Source of the DNA: Trueperaceae bacterium
GTDB taxonomy: Bacteria > Deinococcota > Deinococci > Deinococcales > Trueperaceae
Assembly (NCBI GenBank): GCA_965213705.1
Contig: OZ243913.1
Location: 480,001 to 544,000, forward strand
Direction: 5' to 3'
DNA length: 64,000 nucleotides
A model generated the notes under the pieces. That model was given only the letters and a program-made list of their open reading frames with translations, was not told the DNA's origin and did not search any database. A program made the translations under genes and the position numbers. Positions 48,697 through 56,714 of the stretch are shown here, in pieces (positions within the stretch are counted from its first letter, which is position 1; every line of letters starts with the position of its first letter).

Positions 48697-49413
48697 TCAA
48701 AAACGCGTCAAGTCGCGGTTGCTGACGAGCGAGGCGAGGCCGTGGCGGCGCGCGCGGCGGCGCGCAAACGTTGCCAGTTCACTCTCTTGGCAGGCCTGTG
48801 GACAATAGTCGAGGGCGTAGGCGGGGACGTCGAGCGTGCGCAACTTGGCGGCCTGGGCCGAGGTCCACTTCAGTTCGTCGGCGCTGAGGGCGGCGTACCC
48901 GCCCTCCGGCAACCAGCGCGTTGAAAACGCCTCGAGCACCACGCCGTCGACAAGCTGGGCAAGCTCGGGCAGCAGTGTGAAGCCGCGGTTGGCGAGCAGT
49001 GGGCGCGGACCGAGTTGCCTGCTCAGCACGCTGAGCAGCTCGAGCAGTGCCCCCCGGTCCTCCGGAAACAGGTCGACGGCGTCCAACGTGTCCGTAAACA
49101 CGCCCCCAAACCCCTTGGACAGGGCGGCTTCGACCTGGTCTATTAGGTGCCTTTGCCAGCGCGGGTCACCGACGTATACGTACGCGGTGCGCCAGTCGGT
49201 GTTGGTTTGCGGGCGCTGCCAGGGTGCGGCCGGCCCGGCATCCTCGCCGAGGCTTAAGTAGGCCAGCGGCGCGACCCCGCGCTGTTGCAGCCAGGTGAGG
49301 TCGGGAGCGCTGTAGTGCCCCGGCTGCAAGACGGCGCGCTGAAAGTGGGCCAGGTCGTGCAAACGGCCGCGTCCGTAATAGATGACGAGCGGTTTAGAGG
49401 ACCTGGACGCCAT
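48697..49413 (-). CDS. GH114/GH166 (PelA hydrolase-like) protein without signal peptide
   Basis: VIYYG, AYLSLGE, GFGGVFTDTLD, ANRGF, VDGVVLE, ALDY. Confidence 0.75.
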   Translation of the reverse strand: MASRSSKPLVIYYGRGRLHDLAHFQRAVLQPGHYSAPDLTWLQQRGVAPLAYLSLGEDAGPAAPWQRPQTNTDWRTAYVYVGDPRWQRHLIDQVEAALSKGFGGVFTDTLDAVDLFPEDRGALLELLSVLSRQLGPRPLLANRGFTLLPELAQLVDGVVLEAFSTRWLPEGGYAALSADELKWTSAQAAKLRTLDVPAYALDYCPQACQESELATFARRRARRHGLASLVSNRDLTRF

Positions 49414-50722
49414 AGCTTTCCAACTCGCGCAGGTGAACGAGCAGACCGAGGGACAAGCAGGTGACCAGCAAGGCCAGCGCGTTCACCAGGGGAAAACCGA
49501 GCAGCACGGCCGCCGCTGTCAGTGCGAAAGCAAAACTCGGAAGGCTCAGGTTGGTCAAGTTGAGCAGGGTGAGCCCCAAACCCAAACCGAGCCCGAGGAG
49601 CAAAAAGCTGTAAACCGCCGCCCCGTAGGGCAGCTGACCTTCGTGGGTCGCGATGAACAACACGGGTAGCAGCAGTACCAGCAGCCACAAAGTGGTGGCG
49701 CGGCGCGCGCGCCGCTGATAGCTGTGCAGGGTGGTCGACGACCACAGGGCTCGCGCCAACACGTGCGCCAGGCCGTTCGCGGCCCACTCGAGCCCGACCA
49801 GCACCGCGGCGAGTAGGACCGTGCCGAGCAGTAAATAGTCGCTTTCGGTCTGGAGCAGGCTTACCAACAAAAAGCCCTGCCCGCCGCCGTAAAGGGCGAG
49901 CAGCAGGAGCTGGCGCGGCGGCGTGACGAGGTGACGCCACGCGTCCAGTTCCAAGCGCCTGTGGCGGCGCGCCACGCCGAACAAACTGGTGCACAGCGCT
50001 ACGGCGGCGCTGCTCCACAGGGGTAAGGGCGCACCCATCAGCGTCGCGACCAGTACGGCCCCCACACCCGCCAAGGGCAGCGAACAGGGCAGCAGCGAGC
50101 GCTCGCCCTGGTCTTGAGCGCGGACCTGCGCCGACCACAGGTTGCCGGTCAAGTTCCACCACAGCAGGCTCACGGTAACTTCCGCCCAAGAAAACTGGTG
50201 CACGGGCACGCTGACGAGCAAACCCGCCAACCCGACCCCCAACAGGGCGCCGATGACGGTTTGCTGATGGTCGTCGGTTTCGGCGCTCAGGTGCCCGACC
50301 ACGCCGCTGCCGACGACCGACCACACGATAAGCCAGAGCACCGCCTCGAAGCCGGTCGGTGCGGCGGTACTTTGCAGCAGCAAGGTGATAACAAAGGTAA
50401 GTAAAACGGCTAAGTGCCGCTGCCACACAAACCCGGTGTTGTCGGCGCTGAGCCGGTCGCCCAGAACGCGGCGCGGAACTTGGGCGTAGAGGTGTTCGGC
50501 AAGTTCGAAGGGACCCGCCAATCCAAACTCTTGCCGTACCCGGTAGCGGTTGTAGCCTACCGACTCCAGGTACGCGGCGACCTCGAAAGGGTCGACGGCC
50601 GCCCGGCACACGGGCTCTAAGCGGCGTCCCAGCTGGTTGAGGGGGTCCGAACTGCGGCGTTCCGCAGCGCGCCACGGCGCTTTGGGGGAGGGGAGTTTGG
50701 TGTACCGGCCAGCTTCGCTCAT
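49394..50722 (-). CDS. multi-pass membrane protein of the polysaccharide cluster
   Basis: soluble N-terminus DPFEVAAYLESVG..FELAEHLY then many hydrophobic segments; abuts the GT4 stop. Confidence 0.75.
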   Translation of the reverse strand: MSEAGRYTKLPSPKAPWRAAERRSSDPLNQLGRRLEPVCRAAVDPFEVAAYLESVGYNRYRVRQEFGLAGPFELAEHLYAQVPRRVLGDRLSADNTGFVWQRHLAVLLTFVITLLLQSTAAPTGFEAVLWLIVWSVVGSGVVGHLSAETDDHQQTVIGALLGVGLAGLLVSVPVHQFSWAEVTVSLLWWNLTGNLWSAQVRAQDQGERSLLPCSLPLAGVGAVLVATLMGAPLPLWSSAAVALCTSLFGVARRHRRLELDAWRHLVTPPRQLLLLALYGGGQGFLLVSLLQTESDYLLLGTVLLAAVLVGLEWAANGLAHVLARALWSSTTLHSYQRRARRATTLWLLVLLLPVLFIATHEGQLPYGAAVYSFLLLGLGLGLGLTLLNLTNLSLPSFAFALTAAAVLLGFPLVNALALLVTCLSLGLLVHLRELESYGVQVL

Positions 50723-52201
50723 CTAGGCGACCATCTTTTCTCTAAGTTTGCGGCGGGTTTGAGGCCGTAAGGGGGCGGCCGGGGTGGGTTGCGGTGTTGG
50801 CAAGGGCGCCGGGACTACGCCCGTTTTTGCGTAAAGGTCGCGGTGGGCGTTCAACATCGTCTCGAGCGTGAAGTTTTCCAGGGCACGTTCCCTGGCGCGT
50901 TCGCCGAGCGTCTGGCGCAACGTGGGGTTGACGAGCAGCGCGGTGAGCGCGTCGCCCAAGGCCGTTGGGTTTTGGGCGGGAACCAGCGCGCCCGTGTTGC
51001 CGACCGCTTCGCCGACGCCGCCGACCCGCGTCGCCACGACCGGTTTGCCGCACATCATCGCCTCGATAACCGTGTAAGGAAAACCCTCGGACACGCTCGA
51101 GAGGGCGACGACGTCGCCCGCGTGGTAGGCCGTGTGGATGGGTTTGACCGGACCTTCGAACGTCACGTGGGTCGTCAGCTGCAAAGTAGCGACGAGTTCC
51201 GTCAAACGCGCTTTATAAGCCTCGTTGCCGCGCGGTACCGGGCCGTAAAGGCGCAACTGCGCCGTGGGCAGGGTTTGGACGACGTGTTTGAACGCCGCCA
51301 GAAGCGTTTCGACGTCTTTGAGCGGGTCGACCCGGCCGACCCACACGACCGTCGGTACGGCCTGGGCGGTTTTGGGCGCTTCGGGGAAACTCTGCGGGGC
51401 GACGCCGTTGGGAATAACGTGGGTGCGCGCCGCGGCGCTGCCCAACTCGAGCTGCCACTGGCGGTTGAACTCGCTGACCGAAGCCACGCGGTCCGCTTTG
51501 GCGTAGATAAGCAGGGCGAGCGTTTTGTAAAAGGCCGCCCGGAACCTCTTAAGAGCGGGTGAGTCCGCCTCGCTGGCAAAAGCTAAATAACGTTCGCGCA
51601 AATAAACGCCGTGCTCGGTCAACACCAGCGGCGCGCGGTGCAGTTGGGCGGCCGCAAAGGCGGGCAGCGCGCTCAAGCCGTTGGACACCACGTGGACCAG
51701 GTCGGTTTTGGGCGGCGTAAAGAGCAGCGGGCCGACCGCGCTCTGCAGCCAGTTGACGCACAAAAAAACCTCGGCCAAAGAGGGCGCTCTAGCCTGCCCC
51801 CGCGCCAAGCGGTTCAGCGCGAGCGAGGTGACGAACGTGCGTTTGAATAAGGGCCACAAGTCGTAGCGGCTTCCCAAACGTGCCAGGCTCAAGACGCCTT
51901 TTGCAAACCCCCCGGTGTCGTCCGTTACAAAGCCCAGTAAGTCGACGAGGGCTTCTTCGAAGGCTCGAGCCACCTGTTCGTCCGCCCGGCGTACGTTGGG
52001 GCGGGGCCGCCAAATCGGTACGGGCTGAACCGCCTCTACGTTGGCCGGGTAGTCGTAAAGGGGCGGGGCCGCTTTGGGTCCGACCACGGGCATGACCACA
52101 AAACGGTGTTCGTTTAACCCCCGGATGAGCTGGTCGCTCCAGGTACTCACGCCGCCCACAACGTAAGGGTACGTGCCTTCGGTAACAAAGAGGATGCGCA
52201 A
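50723..52201 (-). CDS. pelF: PelF-like GT4 glycosyltransferase (DUF3492 + GT4 domain)
   Basis: TEGTYPYVVGGVSTW, LTEHGVYLRER, GRVDPLKD, SEGFPYTVIEAM; TTG start after AAGGA. Confidence 0.85.
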   Translation of the reverse strand: MRILFVTEGTYPYVVGGVSTWSDQLIRGLNEHRFVVMPVVGPKAAPPLYDYPANVEAVQPVPIWRPRPNVRRADEQVARAFEEALVDLLGFVTDDTGGFAKGVLSLARLGSRYDLWPLFKRTFVTSLALNRLARGQARAPSLAEVFLCVNWLQSAVGPLLFTPPKTDLVHVVSNGLSALPAFAAAQLHRAPLVLTEHGVYLRERYLAFASEADSPALKRFRAAFYKTLALLIYAKADRVASVSEFNRQWQLELGSAAARTHVIPNGVAPQSFPEAPKTAQAVPTVVWVGRVDPLKDVETLLAAFKHVVQTLPTAQLRLYGPVPRGNEAYKARLTELVATLQLTTHVTFEGPVKPIHTAYHAGDVVALSSVSEGFPYTVIEAMMCGKPVVATRVGGVGEAVGNTGALVPAQNPTALGDALTALLVNPTLRQTLGERARERALENFTLETMLNAHRDLYAKTGVVPAPLPTPQPTPAAPLRPQTRRKLREKMVA

Positions 52202-52356
52202 CGTTTTGGTCCTTTCCGGGAAGTGACTGGCGGCTGCGCGCTCACGCACTTCGGCTCGGTACGGAAAGGCCCGGTACAAGGCTTCCGCTCGAAACGAAGC
52301 AACTCAGCGCAAAGAGGTTTGGCAAAAAGCGCAGCGTGCAGACGCGCGACCAACTA

Positions 52357-52385
52357 ATAAGGAGCGCTTTAGTGGCGCTCCTTAT
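52357..52385. terminator. 11-bp perfect hairpin between the deacetylase and pelF-like genes
   Basis: ATAAGGAGCGC-7 nt-GCGCTCCTTAT. Confidence 0.5.
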
Positions 52386-52450
52386 AGTTAACAAGTTGAG
52401 GGCTTACAGAACTCTTACAGAAAACTTGCCGGCGGCTTTTTCAGCTGCTC

Positions 52451-54556
52451 TCAGCGAGCCGCTACCCGGTAGGTGCGCACTTCGCCCGGCGCGAACCTGC
52501 GCTGCGCCAGGGTGTCGCCCGCGTAAAGCTCGCGGCTGCCAAAAGCGACCCCGGTTGCGAGCACGTACCCGCCGTTTGCCGAGCTGAGGGTGACCCGGCC
52601 GCTGGCCCGGTCCCAAACCCCCGCCGCGCCCGCCTCGGCGAACGAGGTGCGCCGGTCGACGCTTCTAGCGAGGTCGTCCCACTTCATGGTGACTAAAGGC
52701 ACGGCGCTCAAGTCGCTGTAGCGCGCGGCCAGGCGCTCCAACCAGTCGTAAACGAGGCTGCGACCGGCGGCGTATTCCCTGAGGTTCGCCTGGTGAAAAA
52801 AGTGCGGGTAAGGGCTGTAGCTGAGCAGGTGGTAAAGCGCGATGTCGGTCTCAACGTCCAGGTACTCGTCGTAGTTGAGGTCGTGACTCCAGTAAGGGGA
52901 AACGCCGCCGGGGCCGTAGATGTAGTTGTACTCGCTCAGCGCTTCGTCGGGCGTGGTGACGTTGTAGAACACGTTGGTCGGGTAGCGGGGCAGCAGCATA
53001 ATTCCGGGTTTGAGCGGGTGCCGAACGCCGCAGCTCGAGCAGGTGCCGCGGTTGCTGAGGAGCGAGTAGTTCGAGCCCATGTAGCGCACGCCGGAAGCGT
53101 AAGCGGCGTCCAGCAGCGCCTGGTTGGACGCCCTCAAGCCGCCTTCGACCCACTTGCCCTGCGCGGCGTCGTAGTAGTAACCGAGGCCGGAGTGCCCACC
53201 CGTCAGGAGCGAGCGGCTTTTGTAGGTGCCCACCGCGTTCAGACCGAGACCCTTGGCGACGTTGTTGTTGCTGACGATTTCGCGTTTGGAGGTGGTGTAG
53301 CTGCTAAAGTCCATGTCGTCGTGGTGGTAGGTGTGGTTGAGCCAGTAGGTGTCGGCGGCCATGCAGCGCGTCACGCTCGTCAGTGGGTCGGGGCTTGGGG
53401 CGTTCGGGTCGCAATTCAAGGGTGCGTTTGGGTCGGCGTAAGCGCCGTTGAAGGCTTGCACGTAAGCGAAGTCGCGGGCTAAGGGGAAGCGGTTGCGCAG
53501 GGCGGTTTGCTGCGTCAGGGTCGCGAGGGCGTCGCTCGCCGACATGCGGAAAACGTCTTCGTCGTTTGCGCGCGTGGCCGGGTTCCAGCGGTCGCTGGTG
53601 CTGAACCAGTCGTCTATGTCGACTTGCAAGTAGGCTTTGCGCTGGCCCAAAAAGACACCTTGCGTCACCCAGTCGACAAGGTCGTAGCCGAGCAGTTGGG
53701 TATGGAGCAAGTAAGGGCTTTGCGCCACCGTGAGGACCAAACGCTCGCGCCCGTCCGGGCTGGGCGACAAGGCGGCGACCGCGTTGCCGCCCGCGTCTTG
53801 GAGCAGCGGCGTGGCCGTGATGCCGGTTGAACCCTCGAGCCCCGCCAAATACGTGTAAGCGTGGCGCAACGGCACCTGGGCCGTCGGCTGCACCGACTTG
53901 AACACGTCCCGGCCGGCACTCGTCAACGCGACCGGGTAGGGGGCGGCGGTCGTGTCCTGATACCCCGCCAGGCGCAAGCCGTAGTCCTCGGGGTGGGTGC
54001 CGGGAAAAGTGTACAGCGTGAGCTGGCGCACCTTGAACGCCCGTTCGTACTCCCAGAGCAAGTTCCATTCGTCGTCGTTGAACGCGCTCACCCACTTGTC
54101 GCCACTGAGATGCCCGAGCCCGCCTTCGGTCAGCACGACGCCCTGAAAGCGCCCGTCGCCGTTGGCCGCGACGAGGCGCGCTTCGGTCAGGGTGTCCTCT
54201 TCGGCCAACAGGGTCTCAAAAGGCAACCCCATCGTGTCGAGCAGCGTGGTCACGGCGCTCAAAGAGGGGTCAGAGGCGCTTGCGCTGACGACGAGCAAAC
54301 GCAGCTCGACACGGTTGCTGGGCGCGACGGAAAGCGTGCTGAACCGCGGCGCAATCGTGCCTTTTAGGGAGGGCAAGGGCTGCTGAACCGCAGGTGTGGG
54401 CAAGGCCGGCGTACCGAGGTTGAGGTGGCCCAACACGTGGGGGTCGAGCGGCGGCGTGGACTGGGCGGGTGTTTGCAGCGGCACCGAGCAGCTTGCCAAC
54501 ACCGTAAGCAACGCGGACACAACAACAAGGCGAAGTAGGGCGTAGCGGTTGGGCAT
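52451..54556 (-). CDS. Agd3-like (CE18-type) polysaccharide deacetylase, lipoprotein
   Basis: lipobox LASC; VDIDDWF, NHTYHH metal-binding motifs; PRYPTNVFYN, FFHQANL. Confidence 0.75.
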   Translation of the reverse strand: MPNRYALLRLVVVSALLTVLASCSVPLQTPAQSTPPLDPHVLGHLNLGTPALPTPAVQQPLPSLKGTIAPRFSTLSVAPSNRVELRLLVVSASASDPSLSAVTTLLDTMGLPFETLLAEEDTLTEARLVAANGDGRFQGVVLTEGGLGHLSGDKWVSAFNDDEWNLLWEYERAFKVRQLTLYTFPGTHPEDYGLRLAGYQDTTAAPYPVALTSAGRDVFKSVQPTAQVPLRHAYTYLAGLEGSTGITATPLLQDAGGNAVAALSPSPDGRERLVLTVAQSPYLLHTQLLGYDLVDWVTQGVFLGQRKAYLQVDIDDWFSTSDRWNPATRANDEDVFRMSASDALATLTQQTALRNRFPLARDFAYVQAFNGAYADPNAPLNCDPNAPSPDPLTSVTRCMAADTYWLNHTYHHDDMDFSSYTTSKREIVSNNNVAKGLGLNAVGTYKSRSLLTGGHSGLGYYYDAAQGKWVEGGLRASNQALLDAAYASGVRYMGSNYSLLSNRGTCSSCGVRHPLKPGIMLLPRYPTNVFYNVTTPDEALSEYNYIYGPGGVSPYWSHDLNYDEYLDVETDIALYHLLSYSPYPHFFHQANLREYAAGRSLVYDWLERLAARYSDLSAVPLVTMKWDDLARSVDRRTSFAEAGAAGVWDRASGRVTLSSANGGYVLATGVAFGSRELYAGDTLAQRRFAPGEVRTYRVAAR

Positions 54557-54895
54557 GTTTTCCTCACAAAGAATGACGTTTCACCCCAAACACAGAGTGA
54601 AGGTTGAACTTACGGACTGTTACGGTGGTGTTTCGAGCGGCGGCCTGTTATAGCTCGGGGGACTTTACAACTTCGCGAACTCCTTTCCCCCCGCCCCTCT
54701 ATGAGAGGCTTCTAAGAAAAGAATAAGTTATTTCCGTTGCGCGCGGTCCGTAAACGTCACACCTTCGGTACTGCAGTACCAGGGCGCACGGCGGCCGGGT
54801 TCGGCTCGGTGCTCGAGCCGGTCTAAAAAGTTATTCGGGTATAAAATTTCGCTTGGAACCCGATTCGCTTGAAACCCGGGCGGACCCCGGCACGC

Positions 54896-56470
54896 CTAAA
54901 TTTCCCCGTCGCCCAGCCGCTCCAACAGCAGCATCACCGCGGCGGTCAGGAGCATCAGCAAAAACGAAAGCGCCAGGGCCGAGCCGTAGTTGGCCGCGCC
55001 GGGCCGCCCCAGGCGGTCGAAAATGGCGACCGGCAGCGTCGCGTGGCGTACGCTCTGGAGGGTGAGGGTTGCACCGAACTCGCCCATCGAAATCGCGAAC
55101 GCGAAGCTCGCCGCCGCGACCAGTGACGGCACCATGAGCGGCAACTCGACGCGGCGCAAAACGCCCCAGGGACTTGCGCCGAGGGTCCGGGCGGCGGCGA
55201 GCAAGTTCGGCGGCAGCCCGCGCAACGCCGGCAGCAGGCTCCGCGTGACGAAGGGAAACGAGACGAGCGCGTGCGCCAGCGTCAAACCCCAGGGCGTGGC
55301 GCGCAGCGTGGGAAACGCGAGCAGGTACCCGAAGCCCAACGTCACCGCGCTCGTCGCCAGGGGCAGCAAGCTGAGGCCGTCGAGCCAACGCCAACCGCCC
55401 CGCACCACGGCGTAGGCGAAGGCGAAACCGACGACGAGGGCGAGCGCGGTACTCTGCGCGGCGAAGCGCAGCGAGTTGAACGTCGCGCGGCCCGCCCCGG
55501 CGAAACCAACGGTGCGCGGGGCGTCCAGCAGCGTTGCGAAGTTGCGCAAGCTCGGCCCGCCGCCCCCCGGCCAGAACGTGCTGTAGGCCAGCGCGGCGAG
55601 AGGTGACAAAATGAGGGCGAAGGCCACGACTAAGTTCAGTCCCAGCACCAGCCGCGCCGCGCCCGTCGGCGTGGGCAGCGGCCGGCGGCCGGTGAGCGTT
55701 ACGGCCAGCCGCGCCTGCAAACGGGTATAAACCAGGGTGAAACCGGTGACGACCACAAGCTGCACGAGCGCGAGCAGCCCGGCACTGCTCAAGTCCAGCA
55801 GGCGCGAGGTCAGGCGGTACACTTCGACCTCCAGGGTAGCGAACCGCGGCTCCGGCGCGAGAACGAGGATGACCCCAAAGCTCGTAAAGGTAAAAATAAA
55901 CACGAGGGTGGCGGCGGCGACCAGGGCGGGCGCGGCCAGCGGCAGCGTGACCCGGAAAAAGGTGCGCGCCGGCCCGGCCCCCAGCACCTGCGCCGCCTCG
56001 TAGAGTCGCGGTCCCACCGCTTCCAGATAACTTCCCACCACCCGCACGACGATGGCGTAGTTGTAAAACACGTGGGCCAGCAAAATCAACGAAAGCGTGC
56101 CGCGCAAGTCGACGCCCAACAGCCCGCGCGGCCCGACGAGCGCCAAAAAACCGGTGGCCGCCACCACCGTCGGCATCACGAACGGCAAGGTGAACAAGCT
56201 GCGCAACAGGCGCTTGCCCCAAAAATCGTAGCGGGCGAACAACACAGCGCCCGGCAAGCCTAACAGCACGGTCAGCAGGGTCGAAAGCAACGCCTGCCAC
56301 ACCGTAAACCACAGCCGTCCCCAGTAGTAAGGGTTGCTCGCCACCGCCGCCACCGCGTCCCAACGCTCGAAGCTGCGACCCAAAATAACCGCCAGCGGGT
56401 ACAGCAAAAAGACGAGCAAGAAGAGGGTCGCCAACCCTCCGAACACATGGGGGAGCCAAGCTCGTTTCAC
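54896..56470 (-). CDS. thiamine/iron(III) ABC transporter permease (ThiP/FbpB type), no partners adjacent
   Basis: two EAA loops (EAAQVLGA, AAARTLGA), LAHVFYN, SMGEFGAT; GTG 7 nt after TACACT. Confidence 0.88.
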   Translation of the reverse strand: MKRAWLPHVFGGLATLFLLVFLLYPLAVILGRSFERWDAVAAVASNPYYWGRLWFTVWQALLSTLLTVLLGLPGAVLFARYDFWGKRLLRSLFTLPFVMPTVVAATGFLALVGPRGLLGVDLRGTLSLILLAHVFYNYAIVVRVVGSYLEAVGPRLYEAAQVLGAGPARTFFRVTLPLAAPALVAAATLVFIFTFTSFGVILVLAPEPRFATLEVEVYRLTSRLLDLSSAGLLALVQLVVVTGFTLVYTRLQARLAVTLTGRRPLPTPTGAARLVLGLNLVVAFALILSPLAALAYSTFWPGGGGPSLRNFATLLDAPRTVGFAGAGRATFNSLRFAAQSTALALVVGFAFAYAVVRGGWRWLDGLSLLPLATSAVTLGFGYLLAFPTLRATPWGLTLAHALVSFPFVTRSLLPALRGLPPNLLAAARTLGASPWGVLRRVELPLMVPSLVAAASFAFAISMGEFGATLTLQSVRHATLPVAIFDRLGRPGAANYGSALALSFLLMLLTAAVMLLLERLGDGEI

Positions 56471-56714
56471 GGGGGCAAGTGTACCAGCACGTCCGAGAAA
56501 AACGTTGCCGTCATGACTTTTGTAGACAGCTCGGCTCGGGCAGCCCGGCTTAGGCGGTACGTCTCGGGCGGTCCGGCTCGGACCGTGGTGCCGCTCGAGC
56601 CGCAAAGAGTTCGCCAAGCCCCGCCCGCGCGGCTCGTCCCAAAACCTCCGCGCCGTCCTGGGTATTGCGACCCACTCGCGTTGTCAGCGACAGCCGAACG
56701 TTTTAGACTCTAAA

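Noticed and set aside
54560..54890. c-di-GMP or c-di-AMP riboswitch ahead of the polysaccharide cluster
   Set aside because: Only a short TTGGGGTGAA match on the minus strand; the rest of the consensus is missing.
56475..56714. TPP riboswitch ahead of the ThiP-like permease
   Set aside because: No TPP core motif seen, and the gene appears leaderless (TACACT 7 nt before GTG).
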